DNA of 64,000 nt, from positions 673 through 64,672 of the IMG/VR virus record IMGVR_UViG_3300014968_000002. One strand, given 5' to 3'. The notes beneath the pieces are model-generated. The model saw only the letters and a program-made list of their open reading frames with translations. It was not told the origin of the DNA and ran no database searches. Positions 1 to 8,215 of the stretch are shown piece after piece (positions within the stretch are counted from its first letter, which is position 1; each line of letters opens with the position of its first letter). The position numbers and the translations under genes were made by a program. The stretch comes from a virus. Taxonomy: Duplodnaviria; Caudoviricetes.

Positions 1-2
1 AT

Positions 3-251
3 ATGGCTTCAGCAACTCCGCCGAGGCGCAGCGTTGAAGACGATGCCATTTTCGCCGGCTCGTCTTTGTCGCTTGGAACTTTGTTCGAGACCAGCAAGAG
101 CGATGACTTCCAAGGCGGCGGCGGAAACTTCGGCGGCGCTGGCGCATCTGGTAGCTGGGGTGACAGCTCAAGCAGTTCCTTGTCGTCATCCTACGACAGC
201 GGGTCGAGCAGCAGCAGCAGCGACTCAGGTTCAAGCGGAAGCAGCGATTAA
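3..251 (+). CDS. Partial ORF (5' truncated) with Gly/Ser-rich low-complexity C-terminus
   Basis: ORF runs off the left edge; GGGGNFGGAGASGSW motif followed by poly-Ser, as in TPM/YgcG-type tails. Confidence 0.55.
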   Translation: MASATPPRRSVEDDAIFAGSSLSLGTLFETSKSDDFQGGGGNFGGAGASGSWGDSSSSSLSSSYDSGSSSSSSDSGSSGSSD

Positions 252-279
252 TCAGTAGTGCAACTCAAGGGAGAAGTAA

Positions 280-831
280 ATGCCGAAAAAGCCTTTCAAC
301 GACTGCATGATCGATCTGGAAACCACCGGCCGCTCGGCAGGCTGCGGGATCCTCAGCATCGGCGCGGTCATGTTCAATAGCAGCGGCACAGGCGACACAT
401 TCTACAGTGTCATCTACCTGCCAAGCTGCGACCGCGCCGGGCTGGTGCCCAATCTGGAAACGATGGGCTGGTGGAATTCGCAAAGCGCCGAGGCCCGCAA
501 GGTGCTGGAAGAAGCCAAGAAGAAAAAATCCTCAGTGCCGCTGCATGACGCGCTATGCGCATTCTCTTCATGGCTGCCGCCTGCGTCGCGCGTGCATGGC
601 AATGGCGCTGACTTCGACCTGCCCATTCTCGGCTATGCATATGAAGCCGAGGGCTTGCCGCTGCCGTGGAAGCCTTTCAATGGCCGCTGCTTCCGCACGC
701 TGAAGAATCTCTATAAGGATGTCAAGCAGCCGAAGCGCGTCGGTACCCACCACAATGCGCTCGATGATGCAATCTTCCAGGCGAAGTACGCCATCGCCAT
801 TGTCAAGGCAAAGGGATTGGAGCTGGCCTAA
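280..831 (+). CDS. DEDDh 3'-5' exoribonuclease (Rv2179c/RNase T-like)
   Basis: ExoI MIDLETTG, ExoII HGNGADFDLPIL, ExoIII HHNALDDAIFQA; SD GGGAG upstream. Confidence 0.9.
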   Translation: MPKKPFNDCMIDLETTGRSAGCGILSIGAVMFNSSGTGDTFYSVIYLPSCDRAGLVPNLETMGWWNSQSAEARKVLEEAKKKKSSVPLHDALCAFSSWLPPASRVHGNGADFDLPILGYAYEAEGLPLPWKPFNGRCFRTLKNLYKDVKQPKRVGTHHNALDDAIFQAKYAIAIVKAKGLELA

Positions 832-977
832 GACCGGCTCAGGAGAAGATCAAGCCGCCAAAAGAGAAAGGTAAAGACCCTTCGCGTGAAATGCACGGGT
901 TAGTTGCTAGGCGGCAGCCCCCATCGGATAGGCTGATGGGGAGTGCCGGATTGGCCGACACACAACAGGAGAACGAA

Positions 978-1244
978 ATGGCAAGACCAGGAGACAGGGT
1001 TCAGGACAAGATAAGCGGTGCCAAGGGCATCGTCGTCGCGCGCACCGAATGGATTTACGGTTGCGTGCGCCTGTCAGTGCAGCCCGAAGACGTGAAGGAC
1101 GGCAAGCCGGCAGACTGCTTTGTCGTCGATGAGCCGCAGGCCACGGTGCTGACCAACCAGGCGCTGAAAGACTCCTCGCAAGAGCAAGCGCCTGCTGCAA
1201 GGAGCCATGGCGAGCGCAACGACGCATTGGCAACTAGCCGCTAA
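978..1244 (+). CDS. Hypothetical phage protein (SH3-like GDRVQD...G.VVART.W..GC.R family)
   Basis: SD AGGAG before ATG 978; common small phage protein pattern. Confidence 0.7.
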   Translation: MARPGDRVQDKISGAKGIVVARTEWIYGCVRLSVQPEDVKDGKPADCFVVDEPQATVLTNQALKDSSQEQAPAARSHGERNDALATSR

Positions 1245-1247
1245 GCC

Positions 1248-1475
1248 ATGGCCGCGCAGGAGTTCTATGTAAGGCAAGAGGACAGGCAGCCGCCGCGAGA
1301 CGGCACTGCCATCCTCGGTTTTTTCCCGCGCTTCTCCGGCTACGTTGCAAGGCAGGATGTGCGCATCGTGCACTGGTCAGGCTGGGGCGGCGGCTTCTGG
1401 GAGGATCAAGGCGGCAGCAAGATCAGCGATTCTGAAATGCGCGCATGGAGAGATGTGCCTTGGCCATCGATCTGA
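1248..1475 (+). CDS. Hypothetical protein
   Basis: Tightly packed after previous stop; Trp-rich phage-like ORF. Confidence 0.55.
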   Translation: MAAQEFYVRQEDRQPPRDGTAILGFFPRFSGYVARQDVRIVHWSGWGGGFWEDQGGSKISDSEMRAWRDVPWPSI

Positions 1476-1819
1476 AGAAGCTGCGCGCGGGAGCTGTGCT
1501 GCGCTGTCGTAGCTGGCCATTCGGCCGCGCGCTGGACCGCAAGGAGATGCCCGGCTGCGAGGTGAAGCTGATTGACTTCTCGCAGCCGGGCTATGGCCTG
1601 GGCCGCGTATGGACATGCGAGCGCGTCGGAAAGATTCCTCCGATGGGCGCATGGCTCGTGGTAGCAATCAGCGAGGGCGTGCTCTCGAAGCATTTTGTGG
1701 AGGTGACTGATGGTGACAAAGCAAAGCCTGGCCGCAGCAAACCTCAAGGAGGCAAAGCCGCCAAAGCCAAGAAGAAAGCAGCCAAAAAAGGAGGCAACGT
1801 GCGAGGGCGGAAGCGTTGA
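1445..1819 (+). CDS. Hypothetical protein with Lys/Ala-rich tail
   Basis: Fills the gap between flanking genes but overlaps VRR-NUC ORF by about 110 nt. Confidence 0.45.
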   Translation: MERCALAIDLKKLRAGAVLRCRSWPFGRALDRKEMPGCEVKLIDFSQPGYGLGRVWTCERVGKIPPMGAWLVVAISEGVLSKHFVEVTDGDKAKPGRSKPQGGKAAKAKKKAAKKGGNVRGRKR

Positions 1820-2078
1820 CTCTGCAAAAGAAAAAGGCTGGCGCTCGCGCAAGATGAACGGTCTGGGCTTCCGCGACTGGCCCGACCGCTTGTTCCTACC
1901 GCCGCATGGCAAGCGCTCAGGCCGCAGGTTTTGGGCTGAGTTCAAGCGCATAGGGCAGGACTTGACGCCAAGCCAAGAGGAAATGCATGCTGACCTCAAA
2001 GCACGCGGAGAAGAAGTCTACACAGTAAGGACCAGAGATGAATTTGAAAAGATCCTCAAGGCGCACTCCTCTTTCTAG
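1710..2078 (+). CDS. VRR-NUC domain nuclease
   Basis: KEATCE...KGW...G.PDRLFL...WAEFKR.G..LTPSQ pattern; GGAGGT SD before ATG; adjacent to SNF2 helicase. Confidence 0.85.
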   Translation: MVTKQSLAAANLKEAKPPKPRRKQPKKEATCEGGSVDSAKEKGWRSRKMNGLGFRDWPDRLFLPPHGKRSGRRFWAEFKRIGQDLTPSQEEMHADLKARGEEVYTVRTRDEFEKILKAHSSF

Positions 2079-3570
2079 CCGCAAGCCTAGCACGCGCAAC
2101 ACGCATCGGCCCCAGCTCAAGGGGCAGAAGTGGATGCCGACGCCTTACATGCGGAAGGGCGTCAAGTTCCTGCTCACCCGCGGAGCAGGCGGTCTGTTCT
2201 GGTCTCCAGGCTTGCGCAAGACCTCCGTCACGCTGGCAGCCATCAAGCTGCTGCGCGACGAGATACGCGGTGCGCCTTGGCTTATCATCGCTCCCGTCCG
2301 CGTATGCCATCTAGTATGGCCGAAGGAAATTCAGAAGTGGCAGGACTTCCAGGACCTGAGCGTTGAGGTGCTGCACGGGCCGGATAAAAATGCAGCGCTC
2401 CGCCGCAAGGCTGACGTCTACTGCATCAACCCGGAAGGACTGCCTTGGCTGCTTGAGCAATGGCGGCAAGGCAACATGCCCAAGTTCTTCGGGCTGGTGG
2501 TGGACGAGTCGACCGCATTCAAGAAGTCTAATACCGAGCGCTTCAAGAATCTGAAGGGCATGCTCAACATGTTCAAGCGGCGCTATATCCTGACAGGATC
2601 GCCTGCGCCCAACGGCTTGCTCGACCTGTTCGGCCAGATATTCATACTCGACCGCGGAGCAGCGTTGGGCGAGTACATCACCAAGTACAGGCTCGAGTTC
2701 TTCGATCCGACAGGATATGGAGGATATACTTGGGTGCCGAAGCCTGGCGCTAAGGTGCGCATCTACGAGCGTATTTCCGAGCTGGTGCTGCGCTTTGAGG
2801 ACAAGGATTATTTGGAACTGCCGCCGCTAATCGGTGCCATCGGCCAGAAAGAGCCGCCAAACATCATTGAGGTGGAACTGCCTAAGGTAGCACGCAAGAT
2901 CTACGATGACTTGGAAGAGCATCTGATCGCGGATATAGGCGAGCGCGTCATCGTGGCTGCCAACGTCGGCGTTGCTATTACCAAGTGTGCGCAAGTGGCC
3001 AACGGCGGACTGTACTCAAACGAGAGCCGCACGGCATGGAAGCTGATGCATGACGCCAAGACGGACGCAGCAGAGGAATTCGTCGACGAGCGCAATGGCG
3101 ACCCGACGCTGATCGCAGTGGATTACCACCATGATGCAGAGCGGCTAATCAAGCGCTTCGGAAAAGATACGCCTTACCTCGGTAAAGGCGTCAGCGTCAA
3201 AGAAGCGAAGCGCATAGAGTCAGCATGGAATGCAGGCGACTTGCGCGTGCTGCTCATGAGCGTGGCCACTCCGCATGGATTGAATATGCAGGAGCGCGGC
3301 CGGGCTGTGCTATACCACTCCATCACATATAATTGGGAGCACTACGATCAATTCTTTCGCCGCGTCTATCGCAGCGGCGTTGGAGGATCGATCATCATCG
3401 GCCATCTATCAGCGAGAGGCACAGTGGACGAGGCAAAAATAGCAGCCCTGCAGAGCAAGCACAAAGGCGAAGAAGCGATGCTAGACGCGCTCAAAGCCTA
3501 TGCTGTACAGCGCGGCTATGCACCAAAGCCTAAGCCATATGGCGGCCGCTATAGCTGGCGCAGAGCGTAA
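2038..3570 (+). CDS. SNF2-like superfamily 2 helicase
   Basis: SPGLRKT (Walker A variant), LIIAP, VVDEST, LTGSPAPNGLLDLFGQ, HGLNMQ; start uncertain (2038 or 2134). Confidence 0.9.
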   Translation: MNLKRSSRRTPLSSRKPSTRNTHRPQLKGQKWMPTPYMRKGVKFLLTRGAGGLFWSPGLRKTSVTLAAIKLLRDEIRGAPWLIIAPVRVCHLVWPKEIQKWQDFQDLSVEVLHGPDKNAALRRKADVYCINPEGLPWLLEQWRQGNMPKFFGLVVDESTAFKKSNTERFKNLKGMLNMFKRRYILTGSPAPNGLLDLFGQIFILDRGAALGEYITKYRLEFFDPTGYGGYTWVPKPGAKVRIYERISELVLRFEDKDYLELPPLIGAIGQKEPPNIIEVELPKVARKIYDDLEEHLIADIGERVIVAANVGVAITKCAQVANGGLYSNESRTAWKLMHDAKTDAAEEFVDERNGDPTLIAVDYHHDAERLIKRFGKDTPYLGKGVSVKEAKRIESAWNAGDLRVLLMSVATPHGLNMQERGRAVLYHSITYNWEHYDQFFRRVYRSGVGGSIIIGHLSARGTVDEAKIAALQSKHKGEEAMLDALKAYAVQRGYAPKPKPYGGRYSWRRA

Positions 3571-3622
3571 GTGCTTGATTTCTAATCCAATTGGAGCAAT
3601 TCAAATTGGTTAAATAAATATG

Positions 3623-3651
3623 TGTACAAGCGCCGCGGTTCTCAGTATTAT
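3623..3651 (+). promoter_or_regulatory. Putative sigma70-type early promoter
   Basis: TGTACA-N17-TATTAT in AT-rich intergenic 3571-3731 upstream of the small-gene operon. Confidence 0.55.
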
Positions 3652-3731
3652 CTATCTCACGTGCTGAGCAACAGAAAAGCACGCTGCAATAAATAAGGGA
3701 CGCTACCCAAACCAACTATCAGGAGATACAA

Positions 3732-4058
3732 ATGACTGTCGCAACCAAGAAGTCGAGCAAGAAGAACGTGAAAGCCGCGAGCAAGAAGAGCGCGAAGAAA
3801 GCGGCGGGCGGCAACGACGTCGAGCGCGCCAAGACGCTGGTGACCCAAGGCAAGGCCGCTCTGGCCGAGGTGAAGAAGAATCCCAAGGCCGACGTCGGCA
3901 AGGGCGCGCTGCAAGTCGGCCTTATCATGGAAGGCAAGACGCCCATCGACGAAATCGCGAAGAAGGCCAAGACCACGGACAAGTCCGTTTACTGGTACCG
4001 CTCTTTCCTCGGCCGCAACGGCGTGAAGGTGCCCGACTCGGTGCACGCGACCGCCTAA
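3732..4058 (+). CDS. Small basic Lys/Ala-rich putative DNA-binding protein
   Basis: AGGAG SD; KKSSKK/KKSAKK N-terminus; C-terminal HTH-like KTTDKSVYWYRSFL. Confidence 0.75.
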   Translation: MTVATKKSSKKNVKAASKKSAKKAAGGNDVERAKTLVTQGKAALAEVKKNPKADVGKGALQVGLIMEGKTPIDEIAKKAKTTDKSVYWYRSFLGRNGVKVPDSVHATA

Positions 4059-4084
4059 ACCAAGCCGCAAAAGCAGCACCAAAC

Positions 4085-4110
4085 CTCGGGCCGCCTTAGT
4101 GCGGCCCGAG
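4085..4110 (+). terminator. Stem-loop after 3732-4058 (weak terminator or processing site)
   Basis: CTCGGGCCGC-cttagt-GCGGCCCGAG 10-bp stem; no U-tract. Confidence 0.5.
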
Positions 4111-4161
4111 CTACATCTGACGCAGCAAAATCCATAACATAATATTTTTCGGGAGCATGCC

Positions 4162-4467
4162 ATGTCTTACGAGACAGAGTTTCCTTCGTTTCCCAAGCTG
4201 AGCAGCGAAGCGCTTGCAGCCATCGAGCAAGCCGGATTTTCCGATGCTTCATGGCACAACGATACTTGCCCCAGCTTTTCAAACATCGACCGCAATATGA
4301 TCCTTTTCGCGGATCATGCCGTCAAGTCTGAGCGCGAATTCGACGCGCCGCGCTTCACGCTGCACAAAGATGATGGCGGCATCGCGGAAGGGCCTGCTGT
4401 CTTTTCAGTCGAGACCGAAGCCGAGCTGATCGCCGAGCTGAGCAAGCTGGGAGGCAATCATGCTTGA
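4162..4467 (+). CDS. Hypothetical protein (SWHNDTCPSF family)
   Basis: GGGAG SD; motif common in phage early genes. Confidence 0.75.
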   Translation: MSYETEFPSFPKLSSEALAAIEQAGFSDASWHNDTCPSFSNIDRNMILFADHAVKSEREFDAPRFTLHKDDGGIAEGPAVFSVETEAELIAELSKLGGNHA

Positions 4468-4885
4468 ATACACAGTCGAGCGCATCAAAGGCAAGAAGAG
4501 CAAAGCGCAAATAATAGCCGGCCCATTCAATACCAAAGAAAAAGCGCTTGCCGCCATGATAGATGCTGAACGCAGCGGCAAAAGGGACTTGTATGTCTGC
4601 GAGCAAAAAGCATCGCCTACTTCTGCTGCATGGCACGGCACCTATCAAGTGCTGAGCATAACAACCATCGATGCGCGCGGCAGCCCCACTACAACTTCAT
4701 GCGAGACGCGCGGACTCGACTTGGGTCCGGCGCTTGAAATCGTGCAGGAGCATGTCCGCCGCGGCTTGACCAAAGGGCAGACGTTCTACCGCCCAGTCAT
4801 AGCCGCATTCATTTTCCATAATGGCACCGAGCAATTGCATGCATATGGAGTTGTCAAGGGCCGCATTGAGAAAATCGCCACATGA
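4460..4885 (+). CDS. Hypothetical protein
   Basis: GGAGG SD; overlap-coupled to neighbours. Confidence 0.7.
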   Translation: MLEYTVERIKGKKSKAQIIAGPFNTKEKALAAMIDAERSGKRDLYVCEQKASPTSAAWHGTYQVLSITTIDARGSPTTTSCETRGLDLGPALEIVQEHVRRGLTKGQTFYRPVIAAFIFHNGTEQLHAYGVVKGRIEKIAT

Positions 4886-5265
4886 AATCAATGACTCTAA
4901 GGCAGCGCTCGTCGGTCGCGGCAGCGCTGACGCTTTGGCGGCGCATGCTCAAAGCCGGCAACTTGCCCGTGGCAGCGCGCGAGGAAATGCGCATCGCTCA
5001 CACGCACGGCCCTGCATTGACTCCCCGCGAGCTGGACGAGCTATTGGCCCATATCAGCGTAGGCGGCGCTGATATCGTGGCGCTGGGAGCTGATCGCGTG
5101 GGCGCGCTGCGCGAAGCATCTATCCTTGCTGAAGATATGTCGCGCGGCTTCAAAGCGGCTGGTCAAAGCGCTGAGGCCGAAGGCGCATGGAAAGTGCACG
5201 TGATTTTGGAGTCGCGCATATCTGAAGCGCTGCAAGGCATTAAGCAGGCAGCAAGCAAGATCTAG
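4882..5265 (+). CDS. Hypothetical protein
   Basis: ATGA overlap with previous gene. Confidence 0.7.
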   Translation: MKSMTLRQRSSVAAALTLWRRMLKAGNLPVAAREEMRIAHTHGPALTPRELDELLAHISVGGADIVALGADRVGALREASILAEDMSRGFKAAGQSAEAEGAWKVHVILESRISEALQGIKQAASKI

Positions 5266-5272
5266 TGTTCAG

Positions 5273-5295
5273 CGAGCTGGGCGGGACCCAGCTCG
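5273..5295 (+). terminator. Intergenic hairpin
   Basis: CGAGCTGGG-cggga-CCCAGCTCG 9-bp stem after stop 5265. Confidence 0.5.
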
Positions 5296-5341
5296 GTGCG
5301 CTCTAGCGTGCCAACACCCATAATAAAGATAGGAGCAGCAA

Positions 5342-5791
5342 ATGAGAAACAAGAAAGCAGACGACTTGGCTTCACTGCAGGATCAGGCTTTGGATACGCT
5401 TGAATTGCAGCTATGCATCACCAAGACGAAAGGCGGTTTTATGGTGGTGTACCCGCAGGGCAGCGAGCCGGGCGCTGAGAAGCTCGCAAAGGCGCGTGCT
5501 ATTCCTGGGACGCACCTCTTCAAGAAAGAAGGCGACGCGCTGGACTTCATCCGCTTGGTGCGCTCTCTTCATAATGTGCTGCCCCATAGCGCGCAAGCGC
5601 TTCGCGACCGCAGCATGAAGGCGCAAGGCTTCACGCACAAGACGACGGCCTGGATTCATCCTGCCGAGGGCGGCGATGATTACATGATAATCGTCCACTC
5701 AAAAGGCGCGCTGAGCGATATAGAGGTGAAGCGCATGCTCAAGCGCCGCCGCTCGCAAGTGCTGGACGACTTCAAGACGGTGGAGCTGTAA
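5342..5791 (+). CDS. Hypothetical protein
   Basis: AGGAG SD; abuts next gene. Confidence 0.7.
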   Translation: MRNKKADDLASLQDQALDTLELQLCITKTKGGFMVVYPQGSEPGAEKLAKARAIPGTHLFKKEGDALDFIRLVRSLHNVLPHSAQALRDRSMKAQGFTHKTTAWIHPAEGGDDYMIIVHSKGALSDIEVKRMLKRRRSQVLDDFKTVEL

Positions 5792-6079
5792 ATGGCCGCC
5801 GCTCAGGGAGAAGTCATTAAGTACGGCCGCCGCTGGGACACGCGCAAGCAAGGCGAATCTCTGCGGCCATTCCGCATCTGGGATGCAAACAAAAAGCGCA
5901 ACGTGCGGTGGCGCTGCTATCTCGAGGTGCGCAATGCAGTCAAGGGCGTGATGGATGAACTGCGCTGGGCCAAGCCTGGAACTGCCTTCGAAGTGTACGA
6001 TATTCGCTCGGGCAAGCTGCACTCGCAATACGTGCGGCGCGAAGGCGCTATCCAGTTCAGCGGAAAGGAGGCCAAGTAA
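5792..6079 (+). CDS. Hypothetical protein
   Basis: TAA-ATG coupling with previous gene. Confidence 0.7.
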   Translation: MAAAQGEVIKYGRRWDTRKQGESLRPFRIWDANKKRNVRWRCYLEVRNAVKGVMDELRWAKPGTAFEVYDIRSGKLHSQYVRREGAIQFSGKEAK

Positions 6080-6080
6080 A

Positions 6081-6590
6081 ATGGCAGGCGACGAGACCGC
6101 TGAGGCCGTCGCCGCCCATGCTTCCATGCGCGGCCGCTTGCGCAATGCAGAGGACCTTAAGAGGTTCGCGCTTGCCGGCCGCGCAGTGCTGACGGTGCAG
6201 TCGACGGTGACCGACAAAAGGTTCACGCTGCGCCTCAGCACTCCGCATGGGAAAAAGGGCGAGGAGCGCATGCCGCTATTCGTGGCTCTGCTAACGGGCG
6301 ACGACAATTCCAATGCCTATTCTTTCATCGGCTCATGCTGGCCATGGGACGGCAAATGGGATATCAGGCCATCTCCTAGGAGCCGCGTCGCGATGACTGC
6401 GCCCGGCGCCAAAGCTGCGCAGTGGATGCTCAGAGGCTTGGGCAGCCCGCAGCCATGGCGCTTGATGCAGCAGGCGAGGTTCTGGCATGAAGGCAAGTGC
6501 GGGCGCTGCGGTCGCGCTCTTACTGTGCCCGAGTCCATTGAGCGCGGCATAGGGCCGGATTGTTGGGAACAAATGGGAGGTGCAGCATGA
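6081..6590 (+). CDS. Hypothetical protein with C-terminal DUF6011-like Zn finger
   Basis: GGAGG SD; GKCGRCGRALTVPESIERGIGPDC. Confidence 0.8.
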   Translation: MAGDETAEAVAAHASMRGRLRNAEDLKRFALAGRAVLTVQSTVTDKRFTLRLSTPHGKKGEERMPLFVALLTGDDNSNAYSFIGSCWPWDGKWDIRPSPRSRVAMTAPGAKAAQWMLRGLGSPQPWRLMQQARFWHEGKCGRCGRALTVPESIERGIGPDCWEQMGGAA

Positions 6591-6919
6591 AAGTCAAGGA
6601 GATGAATCACGTGCAGTTGAACAAAGCTGCATGGGAATTTTTGCTGGGCCTTAGCGCTTCAGGCGTGCTGGCAGATGCTCACCTGAATGCGCTTATTGCC
6701 CGCCGCGTGGCGCTGGATGAAGAGGATCCTCTCTTTGCCCAGCTCGCGCCGCCTGCGCCTAAGCAGAAGAAGGGCAGCGCTCCGCAAGAAGAAGCAAGGC
6801 AGTTCTGGAAAACGCCAGAGTGCAAGCATTGCGGCATGCCGCTTGACGAAGGCATGGAGTGCGGCGACAAGGTAAGCTGTGCGCAGCGCGTCCGCCATAT
6901 AGAGGAGCAGACGCGATGA
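6587..6919 (+). CDS. Hypothetical protein with CxxC motif
   Basis: ATGA overlap; CKHCG...CGDKVSC. Confidence 0.65.
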   Translation: MKVKEMNHVQLNKAAWEFLLGLSASGVLADAHLNALIARRVALDEEDPLFAQLAPPAPKQKKGSAPQEEARQFWKTPECKHCGMPLDEGMECGDKVSCAQRVRHIEEQTR

Positions 6920-7272
6920 GCTGGCGCTATCGCAAAACATTCAAGCTGCTCTCATGGCTGCGCCTGAACATCTCCAAGACGCGCGCGAGCCTCAGTATAG
7001 GGCCACGCTGGATAGGGCTGACTGTCGGGCTGACGGACAACAAGCAGGAGGTGCATGCAAGCTTGCCTGGAACCGGGCTGTCTTATCGCGCGCGGATGCC
7101 CAGCATAGCGCACAAGATATCTGCTGGCGCTTTTGCAATGCAGGCTGCTGAAGCAGAAAAAATGCGGAGCAGCGCAGAGACCCAAGCAATGCTTGATGGG
7201 TGGACGCTTATTCATGGAGACACTCTTATCAAGATTCCAGGAACAAACGTATTCAGATCAGGGAGAAAGTAA
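6916..7272 (+). CDS. DUF4236-like protein
   Basis: WRYRKTFKL...LRLNISKT..SLSIG...SLPGTGLSYR. Confidence 0.8.
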   Translation: MSWRYRKTFKLLSWLRLNISKTRASLSIGPRWIGLTVGLTDNKQEVHASLPGTGLSYRARMPSIAHKISAGAFAMQAAEAEKMRSSAETQAMLDGWTLIHGDTLIKIPGTNVFRSGRK

Positions 7273-7730
7273 TGGCCTACAAGATGGAAAGCAGAACAAC
7301 TACGATTGAAGCTGCAATAGGCGATGCCTACGGCGAGCTTCAAAGCTTGCGCGACGAAGTACGCGAGGTGGTGGACAACGCGAGCGGCACGCCTGCCGAG
7401 AATACGGGCCGCATTCAAACCATGGGCGATACGGCAGACTCGCTCGACAATTTTGTGGACGATGAGCCTGAGGTACCAGACGGAATAGGCGACCTGAAAG
7501 TCGATTACTCCGAGTCAGTCAATAAGGACAAGCGCCGCGGGCCGTCGCGCGCAGTGCGCTGCTCTAATGCCCAGAACATGCTGCAGGCTGCGGCCGAAGC
7601 GCTGCGCGCATGGGTGGAAGGCGACGGCGCGAAGCACGAGAACAAAAGCGATGCCGAGGAGCTGGCCGAGAAGCTGGACGAGCATGCAAGCGAATGCGAC
7701 TCGCTCGAGTTTCCTGGAATGATGGGATAG
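7272..7730 (+). CDS. Hypothetical acidic helical protein
   Basis: GGGAG SD; TAATG coupling. Confidence 0.75.
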   Translation: MAYKMESRTTTIEAAIGDAYGELQSLRDEVREVVDNASGTPAENTGRIQTMGDTADSLDNFVDDEPEVPDGIGDLKVDYSESVNKDKRRGPSRAVRCSNAQNMLQAAAEALRAWVEGDGAKHENKSDAEELAEKLDEHASECDSLEFPGMMG

Positions 7731-7733
7731 GCA

Positions 7734-8003
7734 ATGGCACGCAACAGGGAGGCGGGAATGCCGAAGAAAAAGCCGGGGCGGCCGTCATACGAGTCGCTCG
7801 GCGGTGCATTCCCTGGAAAGCTGTCTGAAAAAGTGCGCAAGCTGCGCTCGACGTCGATGGGCTACAACAGCGAGCTTCCGCTGTGCCCGTCGCCGCTGCC
7901 GCATGGCGTGCGCGTAATTGACCGCGGCAATGCCGCTGTCGGGCTGTGTTCGGAAGGGATCTACTTGGGTCTGTTCCGTTTACCTGGGAGAATGTCGAAG
8001 TGA
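7734..8003 (+). CDS. Hypothetical protein
   Basis: Operon packing; start 7734 or 7758. Confidence 0.5.
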   Translation: MARNREAGMPKKKPGRPSYESLGGAFPGKLSEKVRKLRSTSMGYNSELPLCPSPLPHGVRVIDRGNAAVGLCSEGIYLGLFRLPGRMSK

Positions 8004-8200
8004 ATACCATGGTCCTAGTCAGAGTAGTGTACTCGCAGGGCATGGTGCGCAGGTTTGCCGTGCAAAGCGAAATGTCCGTGCTCGACTTCGCGCGAGCTGT
8101 CGGGCAGCATGGCAAGGTCCGCTCGGTGAGCGGGCTGATAGAAGTAGGAGCGCAGTACGATGAGCCGGGGCTTACGCGGCTCGAACCCAAAAGCCGTTAA
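8000..8200 (+). CDS. Hypothetical protein
   Basis: GTGA overlap with previous stop; GGGAG SD. Confidence 0.5.
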   Translation: MNTMVLVRVVYSQGMVRRFAVQSEMSVLDFARAVGQHGKVRSVSGLIEVGAQYDEPGLTRLEPKSR

Positions 8201-8215
8201 TAAAGGAGCAATGCA

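Noticed and set aside
832-977. Possible ncRNA/tRNA in intergenic hairpin region
   Set aside because: Only one clear hairpin (CCCCATCGG/CTGATGGGG); no cloverleaf or T-loop consensus
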